Of a DNA stretch of 31,599 bases, positions 1 to 9,693 are shown piece by piece (position 1 is the first letter of the stretch; the number at the start of each line of letters is the position of its first letter). A program made the translations under genes and the position numbers. Source of the stretch: an uncultured Candidatus Saccharibacteria bacterium (GTDB lineage Bacteria > Patescibacteriota > Minisyncoccia > Phycocordibacterales > UBA918); contig CAZEUI010000004.1 in NCBI GenBank assembly GCA_964515625.1, positions 1 through 31,599 on the forward strand, read 5' to 3'. The notes under the pieces are model-generated. The model was not told where the DNA came from, ran no database searches, and saw nothing but the letters and a program-made list of their open reading frames with translations.

Positions 1-56
1 AAAGGTCCAAATATTTTGTCCTCAACCTCAATAAATTGTGGTACTTCAAATTTCAT
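1..56 (-). CDS. prgI: PrgI-family (VirB3-like) membrane protein, 5' end only; runs off the window edge
   Basis: Not in the ORF track. The reverse complement of 56..1 reads MKFEVPQFIEVEDKIFGP, the N-terminus typical of CPR PrgI-family proteins. TATAAT lies 10 nt upstream of the ATG. Confidence 0.7.
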   Translation of the reverse strand, partial: MKFEVPQFIEVEDKIFGP

Positions 57-149
57 ATACTCTATTATTATACACTGTCAGTCAGTTATGAAGAGGATGT
101 TGTCAGGAGTATTGGAAGGTTGTTGTTTTGACTATTTAGATTTTTCAGA

Positions 150-587
150 TTAATTATTACTTGTGTGTAGTATTTCAGATTGGGAGGAAGAAAAAGTTCT
201 CTCAATTGTACTAGGTTCGGGTACGTTAGGTAGTGTAGAGTGATCTGATTGAAGTGTTGCTGCCTTTTTATTCAGTTTGTCGAACTCTAGTGAATGGGTA
301 CTTGTAAAGTCTGTGGGTAGTACAAGTGTCAAGGCTCGAGTGATGTCTTGTGCAATTAGTTTTGTAACCTCGCACTCCTTAGTTATGAAGTTCGTTAATT
401 CCTCCAAATCAATAAACAGTAATAAATAAAGATAAAAACCGTTGTTGAGCATGATTGTACTCTCATCACTCAGCTTGTCGATATGGGCAATTTCTCTAGA
501 AATTAAGGTTGAAAAACTACTATTCAAAAACGTTCTGTAAACAGGTTTGAGCGTATAGAATCTCTGCTGAATCAGTTTATCTGTCAT
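150..587 (-). CDS. Hypothetical protein (145 aa) in the T4SS-like locus
   Basis: Intact ORF starting 1 nt after the stop of the VirB6-like gene. Helical N-terminal part, S/T/P-rich tail. No family recognised. Confidence 0.75.
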   Translation of the reverse strand: MTDKLIQQRFYTLKPVYRTFLNSSFSTLISREIAHIDKLSDESTIMLNNGFYLYLLLFIDLEELTNFITKECEVTKLIAQDITRALTLVLPTDFTSTHSLEFDKLNKKAATLQSDHSTLPNVPEPSTIERTFSSSQSEILHTSNN

Positions 588-588
588 A

Positions 589-2883
589 TTATTCTCCTTC
601 AGTTATATTAACAGCCTCTTCTTTATTTTTGGATCCACCTTCCATCCTTTTTATTTCATTGGCGATAATTTTAAACTCAGAACGTTTCTTTTCTGTATTG
701 GTCATTTTAACACCGTCACGTCCATAATTTTTCTCCAGATTTTTCCGTGCAGAGCTGGCAAGGTGACCTTGAGATTGGACTGATGCAACACCAGCTACTA
801 ATCCTGCTGTAACACCTAACGTACCTGCTCCTACAGCAAGTCCTGTAGATGAGCCAATAAGTCCTCCTGATAACTTGTTTCCTGCACGGTTCCAGAATTG
901 TTCTGATTTCTCAAGTTCATCCATTTGTGCAATAACGTTAGCGTATTTTGTTTCGGATGTTGCATACTTTAAAGCATCTTTAGCTTTAGATTCTAGGTCA
1001 GAGATTCTAATCTGAGTCGCTTCTTGTAAGGTTTCATACTGAGTATCATAAGTTAATAGCTCCTTATTTTTATTTTCAATTTCTTGTTGAGCTTTTATTT
1101 TATCTTTATTTGAAATATTAGGGGTAGCTGCTTCTTTTTGTAGAGTTTCTATTTCACTTTGAATATCACTTTTTCCTGAGGCGTGACTAAGTATCACATT
1201 CTTGGTATTAAGGTCAGCTTCGTACTTTGTAATCTTGTCTTTAAGAGAAGCTAGTTGACTGGTAGTTTTAGTTGAGCTTGCTACATCTTGCTTGTATGCA
1301 AGTTTTGCATCAGAAATTTTCTTTTTCTGAGTGATTACCTGATTTTTAATGTCGCCAACTGAAACATTTTTATTATCCCTTAATTGTTCAGCCACTTCAC
1401 TATACTCTCCCTTTTTTAGTTCAGATTCAGCTTTAATTTCTCTTGATCTCGCACTAATCTTTGCCCTAACTACAGGGTCATTCATGTCAATATCAGCTTC
1501 CGTATCTTTAGCAAATTTTTCTTTAGCAGTATTATTATCCTTGATAGTCTTAGAGTAACCACCTTTCTGACCTGTTCCGATACCTAAGGAATTTCCAATA
1601 TTTCCAACATTACGTGCATCAAAACTAGAGCTTGCTACTACTTGAGAAGCTTTAAAAGCCCCTTTTCCTATAAGACTATGTCTACTAGCATAGTTTTTAA
1701 ATGTTTCATTTTCAGTGGCTCTTTGAGCAAGACTTCCAACTCCCCTACGTCCAGCCCAAGCGGCAGTTCCGAAGGTTGCACTACCGACACCTCTTTGCAT
1801 CTTTCGACGCATGTTGGTACCCATTTTTAATGCAGCATCTGCACCTTGAGCACCCATTTTCTTAGCAATAACAACGGCTGATAATAGAAAAATTATAGCA
1901 ACGATAAACGGTGGAATCGTATTTTCAAAATTCGCAATAATCTCGTTACCATCACCACCAAAAACTTTACCAAATTGGGCAGAAGAGTTGCCATAAAAAG
2001 CATTAATTATCACAGCTGCAAAGTAGATTAGTAACAGATACGCCGGTGCGAAAAAAGCTCGGCCAAGGAATCCGCTCCAATATCGCTTGCTATAACTTTC
2101 CATTTGAGGGAAGACCCAGCCGATGAACATGAATGGTGATAGTATCATATATAGACAAAGCACTGCATATCGAATAATAAGTAATATTCCGCCCACTGCA
2201 AAAACAAAAGAGGCTACGATAAATAGTATTGCAGAGCCAAAAATGTATCCCCATGCAGAGCTTTTACCTCTGTCTTTCATTGTTTCTGGTAGTCCTCCAA
2301 AAGCACTTTGAATACCAAGGCTATTCATGAAAGTCTTGGAGACATTAGGACCCTTTTTTCCAGTTTGTGGATCTGTTGTTTCAGCAAATCCACTATTCAC
2401 TATTTGAGTTGCTGTAATGTTTGAGACATCAACAACAAACTTAGTGATAAATAAACTAAAGTTTACTAAAAGGGCTGCTAGTATCAAGTGTACCAGCCAT
2501 CTTCGGGTGTTAGAATCATCACTATTCAAGATTATTTTAAACCCGATGTAAACCAGTGCAAAAATAAAAGTTAGGTTGAATATGTCCCGAACACTTTCCC
2601 AAAGAGTGTCCACAGCCTGTCCTACTCCAGAACTAAGAAAAGATTGTCCAAATCCGATGACAAAAAACTCAATCCCTGAGTCCAATATCATGCCTGAAAG
2701 ACCAAGAAGGCGACCAAAAACGTTATTTACCAGCCCCCAGACTATATCCTCTATAACGGTAAAGGCTTGTACTTGGGGAGCAGATATTGTAAATATAAGA
2801 ATAGAAAGAGTCGCAATGAGTGACCATTTTTTGGCGGTACTCCCTTTTATGTTTAGTAATAGTTTTTTACTTAGTAATCTCAT
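589..2883 (-). CDS. VirB6/TrbL-like polytopic membrane protein with a long C-terminal coiled coil (764 aa)
   Basis: Signal-like N-terminus ending VQA. About 6-7 hydrophobic segments with CPR VirB6-like motifs (W..VRDIFNLTFIFALVYIGFKIIL; AALLVNFSLFITKFVVDVSN; IIRYAVL..YMILSPFMF..WVFP). Then a K/E/Q-rich heptad region and a Gly-rich hydrophobic tail. Confidence 0.7.
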   Translation of the reverse strand: MRLLSKKLLLNIKGSTAKKWSLIATLSILIFTISAPQVQAFTVIEDIVWGLVNNVFGRLLGLSGMILDSGIEFFVIGFGQSFLSSGVGQAVDTLWESVRDIFNLTFIFALVYIGFKIILNSDDSNTRRWLVHLILAALLVNFSLFITKFVVDVSNITATQIVNSGFAETTDPQTGKKGPNVSKTFMNSLGIQSAFGGLPETMKDRGKSSAWGYIFGSAILFIVASFVFAVGGILLIIRYAVLCLYMILSPFMFIGWVFPQMESYSKRYWSGFLGRAFFAPAYLLLIYFAAVIINAFYGNSSAQFGKVFGGDGNEIIANFENTIPPFIVAIIFLLSAVVIAKKMGAQGADAALKMGTNMRRKMQRGVGSATFGTAAWAGRRGVGSLAQRATENETFKNYASRHSLIGKGAFKASQVVASSSFDARNVGNIGNSLGIGTGQKGGYSKTIKDNNTAKEKFAKDTEADIDMNDPVVRAKISARSREIKAESELKKGEYSEVAEQLRDNKNVSVGDIKNQVITQKKKISDAKLAYKQDVASSTKTTSQLASLKDKITKYEADLNTKNVILSHASGKSDIQSEIETLQKEAATPNISNKDKIKAQQEIENKNKELLTYDTQYETLQEATQIRISDLESKAKDALKYATSETKYANVIAQMDELEKSEQFWNRAGNKLSGGLIGSSTGLAVGAGTLGVTAGLVAGVASVQSQGHLASSARKNLEKNYGRDGVKMTNTEKKRSEFKIIANEIKRMEGGSKNKEEAVNITEGE

Positions 2884-2947
2884 GTTTATATCTTAACACC
2901 CTTCGCTACAATTTATTTGATTTATGTTAGTTCAGTTCTCGTGTGCT

Positions 2948-4930
2948 TTAAAGCGCTCTTTCTGTTTCGTAAACAGAATTAAATAACATCTGTTCTGACT
3001 CTATGTCTGCTTCTCTTGCAATGTCCTTCTCCTTATCAGTTGTTATTTCTGCGTTCGAAATCTCAATATTATTGATGTTTGAAATCGTCCCTGACCACAC
3101 AGACTTGGACGAATTTATCGATGTTTCGAGATAATAGGTGTTTGAGTTGAAGATTGCTATTCTTCTATCTTTCTCGGCCGCATTTGCGGTTTTGAAAGTT
3201 AAAGATTGCTGTGACCCCAAGTTTGATCCGTCACCATTGATTAATTTAGTTATTGACAGGGTGTCTCTATTGGTTTTATTTATTACCGTAATCATATCAG
3301 CCCTGTCCCCTGTCGTCATTTCTATAAAAGTTTTGTTGATAGAGTTGGTGTCACTAAATGGTGTATAGAGACAGACAGATAGTGAGTTGTTGATTGTGTG
3401 TCCAAATGTGTTTGTTCCATAGTCTGAGCAGGTGTAACTTGGGGTTGCTATAGCAACCTGTTGACTGAGTGTATTGTCTACATCTAAGCAGTGGAAAGAT
3501 TGTGTTCCATCATCAATAAATACTTTGTTGTTGGTGAGGCAGCCAGCTTTAAATATACTAATCTGATTTTCATCAAACAGGTTCTGGGTCAAGTATGGAT
3601 AAAGCATGGTTGTTCCATAAGGTTCATTCATGACAAGACTAGTGTTTATTGATCCTGTGCCTCCAATATGATCCGATGGTATTGAAGTTAGAGAATTGAT
3701 ACCAATAGGTTGTATAGCAAAGGGTGGCTTACTGTAGTAAAAGTTTCCGACAGTATTGTAATTTTTTTGTATAGATAAGGTATTCATCATCTCAACAAGT
3801 TGTGAATCATATAAGATTGAATTTGCCTCCTCTTGCGGTGTTTGAGGTGTTGTTGCAACAGGAGTGTTAATGTTCCCAAAATTATTACTGTTTAAATTAT
3901 TAACAAAATTTGAATAAGATCCTGAAGAGTTACTACTAGAGTCTCCCATGATGACGGAGATGCCATTGTTTACCACATGATTAACAACACTGCTTAATAA
4001 AGATCCAATGATCTCATCAATCTCGTCTGCTTGAACTAAAGACTGACGTCCTGAGTCAAGGTTGAAGCTTAACGCATCTTGAATTATCTTTCCTGGTGTT
4101 GATACAAAACATTCTTGTGTGGCTCCAGATCCGGTACATTTTTTATCTGACATAAATCCTGACCCAAAACTTAAAAATGACATTTCTTCATTTGCTGCTT
4201 TTAAGATCCGGTTATTTAGAGAAATTTCTGCTGAAATACTCGCTCCATATGGTGTGTAGACTTGTGGAGAATTTGTTACATCAAACCAGTCATTCCACCC
4301 GCCTTTAGAAAATGAATCTTTTCCACCGCTTAAGAAATCTTTAAAATTTTCTACATTATCAATAATATCGTCAAGGTTACATCCTCTTGCAGAAGTTGAG
4401 TTTGATTCCATGCTAGCACCAAAATTTAAAGCTAATGAAAGCTTTACATCAAGTCTAAACGGTTCACAGATAAGTGCCTCAAAATCATCACCAATGAAAT
4501 CAAGAAAAGTATTGGTTGCTGTATTTATTAAAAAGTTTTGAATATCCTGTACAAACATAGGTCCCCCATCAGGAAAACCATTTGCTGCCCAGCTGACAAC
4601 ACTCTGCAATAATGTATTGACTACTCCTTTAGCTATAGACCAAGCTAAACCATCTAGTACATACTCTTTATACTTTAGAGCAGTTTCCATTGCTGCACTT
4701 ATATGAGTATTTGCTTGAGTCAAGTAAGTATTTGCTTCAGTCAAAGTTTCTGTAATGTTCATCCAGATGAGTTCAAGTTGTTGTGTTATCTGTAGGGGTA
4801 GTGTAGCAACAACTGCTTCAGCAGGCTTTATGTTGTTTGCTTGATGTGGAACATAAACAGCCATCGTTCCAAAGATTAGAAACACAGTAGCAACGATACT
4901 TTTCTTTAGGATTGTAAAAAATGTATTCAT
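2948..4930 (-). CDS. Exported or membrane-anchored hypothetical protein (660 aa) of the T4SS-like locus
   Basis: N-terminal signal/TM ending AEA. Cys-containing N-half (ICEPFRLDVKLSL, GGWNDW, SDKKC...ECFVSTPG, LVQADEIDEI) and an N/T/S-rich C-half. Confidence 0.8.
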   Translation of the reverse strand: MNTFFTILKKSIVATVFLIFGTMAVYVPHQANNIKPAEAVVATLPLQITQQLELIWMNITETLTEANTYLTQANTHISAAMETALKYKEYVLDGLAWSIAKGVVNTLLQSVVSWAANGFPDGGPMFVQDIQNFLINTATNTFLDFIGDDFEALICEPFRLDVKLSLALNFGASMESNSTSARGCNLDDIIDNVENFKDFLSGGKDSFSKGGWNDWFDVTNSPQVYTPYGASISAEISLNNRILKAANEEMSFLSFGSGFMSDKKCTGSGATQECFVSTPGKIIQDALSFNLDSGRQSLVQADEIDEIIGSLLSSVVNHVVNNGISVIMGDSSSNSSGSYSNFVNNLNSNNFGNINTPVATTPQTPQEEANSILYDSQLVEMMNTLSIQKNYNTVGNFYYSKPPFAIQPIGINSLTSIPSDHIGGTGSINTSLVMNEPYGTTMLYPYLTQNLFDENQISIFKAGCLTNNKVFIDDGTQSFHCLDVDNTLSQQVAIATPSYTCSDYGTNTFGHTINNSLSVCLYTPFSDTNSINKTFIEMTTGDRADMITVINKTNRDTLSITKLINGDGSNLGSQQSLTFKTANAAEKDRRIAIFNSNTYYLETSINSSKSVWSGTISNINNIEISNAEITTDKEKDIAREADIESEQMLFNSVYETERAL

Positions 4931-4940
4931 AAGATAAAAA

Positions 4941-5831
4941 TTAATTCTGTGCTACTGGTCCAAAAATATTGATTGCTAATCCTGGATCATCCATAGAAAA
5001 CCCACTACTAAACGGTGCTACGGCGGTGTAGATGTTTTGTAGTGAATTATGAAGACTGACAGCATCGTTTTGATAATGTTTTAGACGAAGAAGAGTGACA
5101 ACAGGGTCAGAATTAAAGAGTGACATTGCATAGATGTCATAATAGATAGCTTCAAATGTGTTAATGAGGTCTAAATGTTCCTTCGCCATAATTGAAGGGA
5201 CTGGTAAAATGAGTGTGTTGTCTCGGTATTGTTCATAGACGTTAGCTACAGCCTCGAGCTCTTTTATTTCCTTAGGGTTATTATTTCTAACGGCTTCATT
5301 CAAGATATCAAGTTCTCCTCGTAATGTAGGGTCACTGTTCTCAGCAATTATAGTGATTAGGCTGTTTGTGTATCGGATAACATCAGCCTCTTCCCCGCCG
5401 GGAATAATGATAATATCATCGATTGTATATAGTTTTTGTTGTGTTTCATCAAACAGATAGTCAACAGTGTTGTCTATGATCTCTAAATCAGTTTCTCCAA
5501 ATGGTGCATAGATACGAGAACCTAAAATACCCTCCATAAACTGAAGACTCATCTTTCCTGTAAGAGTGTCTGGTGGTGTGTAAGTTGATGTTGCAACATC
5601 AACTATTATGGCATCAGTAGTTATAAACTCGTCTCTCCAGTCTTCTATTCCGTTTAAATCATTATCGGAGACTGTTATAGACATTCTTTCTTGAATCTGT
5701 GGAGTGAGGGAAGCTGCTACAAGTTGGGTTGATTTTGGTTTTTGTAAATTGCTGACTGTGTAAGCTCCTGCAACTAAAGCAAAACCTATGATTGCAGCTC
5801 CAACAATTTTTGAATTAATTTCTGCTTTCAT
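4941..5831 (-). CDS. Membrane-anchored acidic hypothetical protein with a DxDxNG Ca-binding-like motif (about 296 aa)
   Basis: The second ATG (5831, MKAEINSK) is preferred because TATAAT lies 9 nt upstream. N-terminal TM (IVGAAIIGFALVAGAY) and DNDLNGIEDW. Confidence 0.75.
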   Translation of the reverse strand: MKAEINSKIVGAAIIGFALVAGAYTVSNLQKPKSTQLVAASLTPQIQERMSITVSDNDLNGIEDWRDEFITTDAIIVDVATSTYTPPDTLTGKMSLQFMEGILGSRIYAPFGETDLEIIDNTVDYLFDETQQKLYTIDDIIIIPGGEEADVIRYTNSLITIIAENSDPTLRGELDILNEAVRNNNPKEIKELEAVANVYEQYRDNTLILPVPSIMAKEHLDLINTFEAIYYDIYAMSLFNSDPVVTLLRLKHYQNDAVSLHNSLQNIYTAVAPFSSGFSMDDPGLAINIFGPVAQN

Positions 5832-5933
5832 ATGCCTTATATTATATATTAGATTCATCTGAATTTTTTCAATATAGATAGATATGTGTATGAATCTGTG
5901 TATAAGCTGTTGATTAAGGTGTCAGTTGTGTGT

Positions 5934-6740
5934 TTATAGAGCTGTGGAGTGTATTTTTTTTGCTAATTCAAGCCAAGATTGTAGTGAAACATCCTCCCCT
6001 CTTACTGTAGCTGGTAGATTTAGTTCTGAAAAGAGTACGGTCAGCTCTTTACGATCGAATTCTTTGGAGAGGTTTCCGATAAGTTGTTTCCTTTTTTGTC
6101 CAAAACCTAGATGAATAATCTTGAAAAATAACTCTTCGGAAATGCCTTGAAAATTATTCTTATTAATATACTTAACCGCTACTATTGCAGAGTCGACTCG
6201 TGGTGGTGGTGTGAAGTGTCCACGTTTAACAGTATTTATATATGTAGGTTCACCAAAAACTTTAATTGAGAGAGATAGTAAAGACTCTTTTTCTGATCGA
6301 GTGATTCTTTCAGCAACTTCTTTCTGCACTAAGAAGACCAAGCTGTTTGGCTGACAGTCTGTATCAAGAAGTGCACGGAATAAGAATCCTGATAAATAGT
6401 AAGGGATATTAGACACTACTTTATATTGTTGTTTTACAAGGTTAAATGAAGGCAGATCAAGAGTTCTTGCATCATGGTGATGAATGATTAGTTCTTGATT
6501 CTTGATTTCTGTTGCAAATATCTCATTCAGTTCCTTGATTGCCCTTGAATCGGTCTCGATTGCTACGACTTTTGCTCCACGCTTTAAAATTTCTCTAGTT
6601 AAAATTCCAGTCCCTGGACCAATTTCCAACACAGTCTCGCCTGTTTGTAGATCTGCGGCGTCACACATCTTTTTTGGTGCATAGTCACTGTTGAGGAAGT
6701 GTTGCCCTAAGGATTTTTTGTGTTGAAATTTTTCTTTCAT
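5934..6740 (-). CDS. rsmA: 16S rRNA m6,2A dimethyltransferase RsmA/KsgA
   Basis: KKSLGQHFL, VLEIGPGTG (SAM binding), SNIPYY, PPPRVDSAIV, FGQKRKQL. Confidence 0.97.
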   Translation of the reverse strand: MKEKFQHKKSLGQHFLNSDYAPKKMCDAADLQTGETVLEIGPGTGILTREILKRGAKVVAIETDSRAIKELNEIFATEIKNQELIIHHHDARTLDLPSFNLVKQQYKVVSNIPYYLSGFLFRALLDTDCQPNSLVFLVQKEVAERITRSEKESLLSLSIKVFGEPTYINTVKRGHFTPPPRVDSAIVAVKYINKNNFQGISEELFFKIIHLGFGQKRKQLIGNLSKEFDRKELTVLFSELNLPATVRGEDVSLQSWLELAKKIHSTAL

Positions 6741-6790
6741 ATTTCTAGGTTACTTTAAGCTAGGGTGTTAGACAAGGATATTCTTGTTGT

Positions 6791-8749
6791 TTAGTCTAAA
6801 TAAACAGTTGTTTCAAAGCCTGTTTTTCCACCTTCAGGCTCTGCAGACTCTACATATTTTTTACTAATATCATTCAGAAATGAAGATGGTAAATTAACCT
6901 TTTGTTGTCCAAAGATTGTTCTCATGTGCGCATAGGTAAGGAATATTTTCTTTTCAGCTCTTGTTAGGGCGACATAGAACAGCCTTCTCTCCTCCTCTTG
7001 GTCGGTACGACCATCATCTAATCTTTCGTGTGGAAATAGCCCCTCTTCAAGTCCGGAGATGAACACATAAGCAAACTCTAGTCCTTTAGCGGCATGAATA
7101 GTCATTAATCGCACAGCATTCTGTTCTTCTTTCTCTTTTAATTCATCCTGATCACTTTGTAAAGCCGCTGTCTCTAGTAGTTGTTCAACAGCTTCACTAG
7201 GCTCTGTTTCATTGAATCGGCTTGCTAAGGTGACTAATTCTCGTAAGTTTTCTAACCTTTCCAATGCGTCTTCAGTACCTTCTTTAATCAAACTATCTTC
7301 AATACCACTCCGCTTCATTATGAATTTAATGGTATCAGAAAGTGGTTTCTCAACAGCTACTTTAGCAATATCCTCCATAATGACATCAAATAGCTGAACC
7401 TTCGCTAAGGATCCTTTGTTTAAATCAGTCCTGTTGCCTTCTATTACCTTTAGCATCGTCACTTTTCCGATTCCGCGTGCGGGAGTGTTGATGACTCTTG
7501 TTAAGTCGGCGTTGCTACCGGGGTTTAAAGCTAGTCTTAAGTAAGATAAAGTATCCTTCACTTCTTTTCGTTCGAAGAATTTTGTACCTAAAAGTTGATA
7601 TGGCACTTCGAAGTTTAGAAAAGCTTCTTCTAAAGAGCGGGATTGGAAGTTTGTTCTGTAAAGTATGGCGATTGATGATGGTTCTGCACCGTCTTTAATT
7701 AATGATTGTGCAGTGATGGCGATGTATTCAGCTTCATCATAGCCTGTCATTCCTGCATATAAGGTTATTTTCTCTCCCTCTTCATTACTTGTGAAAACAT
7801 TCTTGTTGACGCGGTTTTGATTCTTTTTGATGATTTCGTTAGACGCCTCAATAATTATCTTTGTTGAACGATAGTTCTCTTCTAGGAGAATAGTAGTAGC
7901 TCTCGGGAAATGTTTTTCAAACTGTAAAACATTTTTAATGTCAGCACCTCTCCATGAGTATATATTTTGATCAATGTCCCCCACTACACATATATTGTGA
8001 GTGTCACCAGCTAATAGTTTAACGATAGTGAATTGTACTCGGTTTGTGTCCTGGTACTCATCAACATGGATATATTGATAGCGTTGCTGAAGGGTTTCTC
8101 GAACTGATTTATTTTCACGTATCAAATAAAGGGTTTTTGCGAGAAGATCATCAAAATCGAGAGCATGTTCAGACTTAAGGATAGCTTCGTATCTGACCCA
8201 TACTTCAGCAGCTACTTGTTCAGGATGTGAACTAGCAGCATCTTTAAATTCTAGCGGTGAAACAGCATCGCCTTTGGCACGTGAAATTATTGAAAGTATT
8301 TTACGAGGTTCAAACTCTTTCGGATTATATCCAGCTTTTTCGATAGACTGCTTCACAGCTTTTTGACTGTCACTTCTGTCATAAATAGTGAAATGCCTCC
8401 GCAACCCTAATGTGTCATGAAATTCACGTAACAAACGGACTCCGAGAGAGTGAAACGTTGTAACTAATGGTTGACTGTCTACAACAGCACGGTCGGAAGG
8501 AAGGTGTTTGTTGGTAAGTTTCGTCACTCTCCCTCTCATCTCCTTTGCAGCCTTGTTAGTGAAAGTGACAGCTAGAATGTTGTGTGGGGCCACACCTTGG
8601 TGTATTAGATGGACGATACGGTGGGTAATAACTCTGGTTTTTCCAGATCCAGCTCCCGCTAGTACCATCAAGGGTCCGTCGATGTGTAAAACAGCTTGTT
8701 TTTGAGGATTGTTTAACCCTTCTAAATATAAGGTTTCTGACATGTGCAA
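6791..8749 (-). CDS. pcrA: UvrD/PcrA superfamily 1 DNA helicase
   Basis: LAGAGSGKT, VDEYQDTN, VVGD.DQNIYSWRGA, LEENYRST, LYRTNFQSR, LMTIHAAKGLEF, EERRLFYVALTRA. Ends without the C-terminal Tudor-like domain. Confidence 0.97.
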   Translation of the reverse strand: MHMSETLYLEGLNNPQKQAVLHIDGPLMVLAGAGSGKTRVITHRIVHLIHQGVAPHNILAVTFTNKAAKEMRGRVTKLTNKHLPSDRAVVDSQPLVTTFHSLGVRLLREFHDTLGLRRHFTIYDRSDSQKAVKQSIEKAGYNPKEFEPRKILSIISRAKGDAVSPLEFKDAASSHPEQVAAEVWVRYEAILKSEHALDFDDLLAKTLYLIRENKSVRETLQQRYQYIHVDEYQDTNRVQFTIVKLLAGDTHNICVVGDIDQNIYSWRGADIKNVLQFEKHFPRATTILLEENYRSTKIIIEASNEIIKKNQNRVNKNVFTSNEEGEKITLYAGMTGYDEAEYIAITAQSLIKDGAEPSSIAILYRTNFQSRSLEEAFLNFEVPYQLLGTKFFERKEVKDTLSYLRLALNPGSNADLTRVINTPARGIGKVTMLKVIEGNRTDLNKGSLAKVQLFDVIMEDIAKVAVEKPLSDTIKFIMKRSGIEDSLIKEGTEDALERLENLRELVTLASRFNETEPSEAVEQLLETAALQSDQDELKEKEEQNAVRLMTIHAAKGLEFAYVFISGLEEGLFPHERLDDGRTDQEEERRLFYVALTRAEKKIFLTYAHMRTIFGQQKVNLPSSFLNDISKKYVESAEPEGGKTGFETTVYLD

Positions 8750-8822
8750 AACACTATAACATATACACTTAAGGTTTTTTGTTTGGCTGTACAGCTGTTG
8801 GTGGTATCCTTAGTTATATAAT

Positions 8823-8850
8823 AACAAACCGGTACTAGTGCCGGTTTGTT
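8823..8850. terminator. Hairpin, probable terminator of the GNAT gene
   Basis: AACAAACCGG-TACTAGTG-CCGGTTTGTT: perfect 10-bp stem, 13 nt past the GNAT stop. Confidence 0.65.
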
Positions 8851-8862
8851 GGGTTTAGAAAA

Positions 8863-9496
8863 TTAACTAATGTTAGTTGGTTTCTTGGCTCCTTTAATAA
8901 TAGGAAGCTCATCTTTGCAATATTTTTCCCAGTATGATTGCCATTCATCTCGAAAAACTACGTAGATTTCCTTATCACACCATTTTCCGTCTCTAAAAAT
9001 CTCTTTTTCAATAGTAGCCATGTGCCGATAGCTACAGTGTGTTGCGTAGCGTTTACTGGCAGTATTTGGTCAAATTATTGTTGAAGTAACTTTTCGTAAG
9101 CCGAATTGATTGAATGCGTAGTTTAAAAGTAACATTTTATCAGCAGTCGCATAACCTCTTCCTTTATGTTTATGTGACCCGATCAGAGTTCCTGTGATAG
9201 CATTTGCGTTAGTAATATTAAACAATAAGGGAAATGTTGCCAATTAACTTTCCTCTAGCTGTGCAAATCGCTACACATATATTATGAAGATTATTTTCTG
9301 AGATAGAGTCAAACTAGCCTTTTTGAACTTTCCGGTTCATAGGTTGACCAACTGATATGTAATTACTGTTCAGCGGGTCATTAATCCATTTTGTAAAAAG
9401 TGGAATATCTGATTCTTCAACAGGGCGTAAAATTACCTTTTTATTCTGTCTCCAGATAACAAAATTCTTTTTATTAAGCTTCTTCATTATGTTCAC
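8863..9496 (-). pseudogene. RimJ/RimL-type GNAT N-acetyltransferase pseudogene
   Basis: Hand translation: ...VILRPVEESDIPLFTKWINDP...QKG*(TAG, 9314-9316)FDSISE...KLIGNISL / frameshift near 9225 / FNITNANAITGTLIG...KGRGYATADKMLLLNYAFNQFGLRKVTSTII*(TGA)PNTASKRY...EIFRDGKWCDKEIY...TNIS*. Three lesions. Confidence 0.85.
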
Positions 9497-9665
9497 TCTC
9501 TATTTTTTACAAATAACAAATCATCTCTTAAGCGTAAATTAGCTTTAGAAATGTCTATTAATAAATTAACCACTTTATATGATCATTGTCAATACGTAAA
9601 TGACGGCTTTAAATATTGTTATTATAAGCCTATTTTTAAATAGAGGGAAAAGTGCATTTCGTCAA

Positions 9666-9693
9666 TTGCGAAGAGTGACAACTTTAGTAAAAT
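9666..9693 (+). promoter_or_regulatory. Putative sigma70 promoter of the LysM-M23 gene
   Basis: TTGCGA (9666-9671), 16-nt spacer, TAAAAT (9688-9693). Confidence 0.4.
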
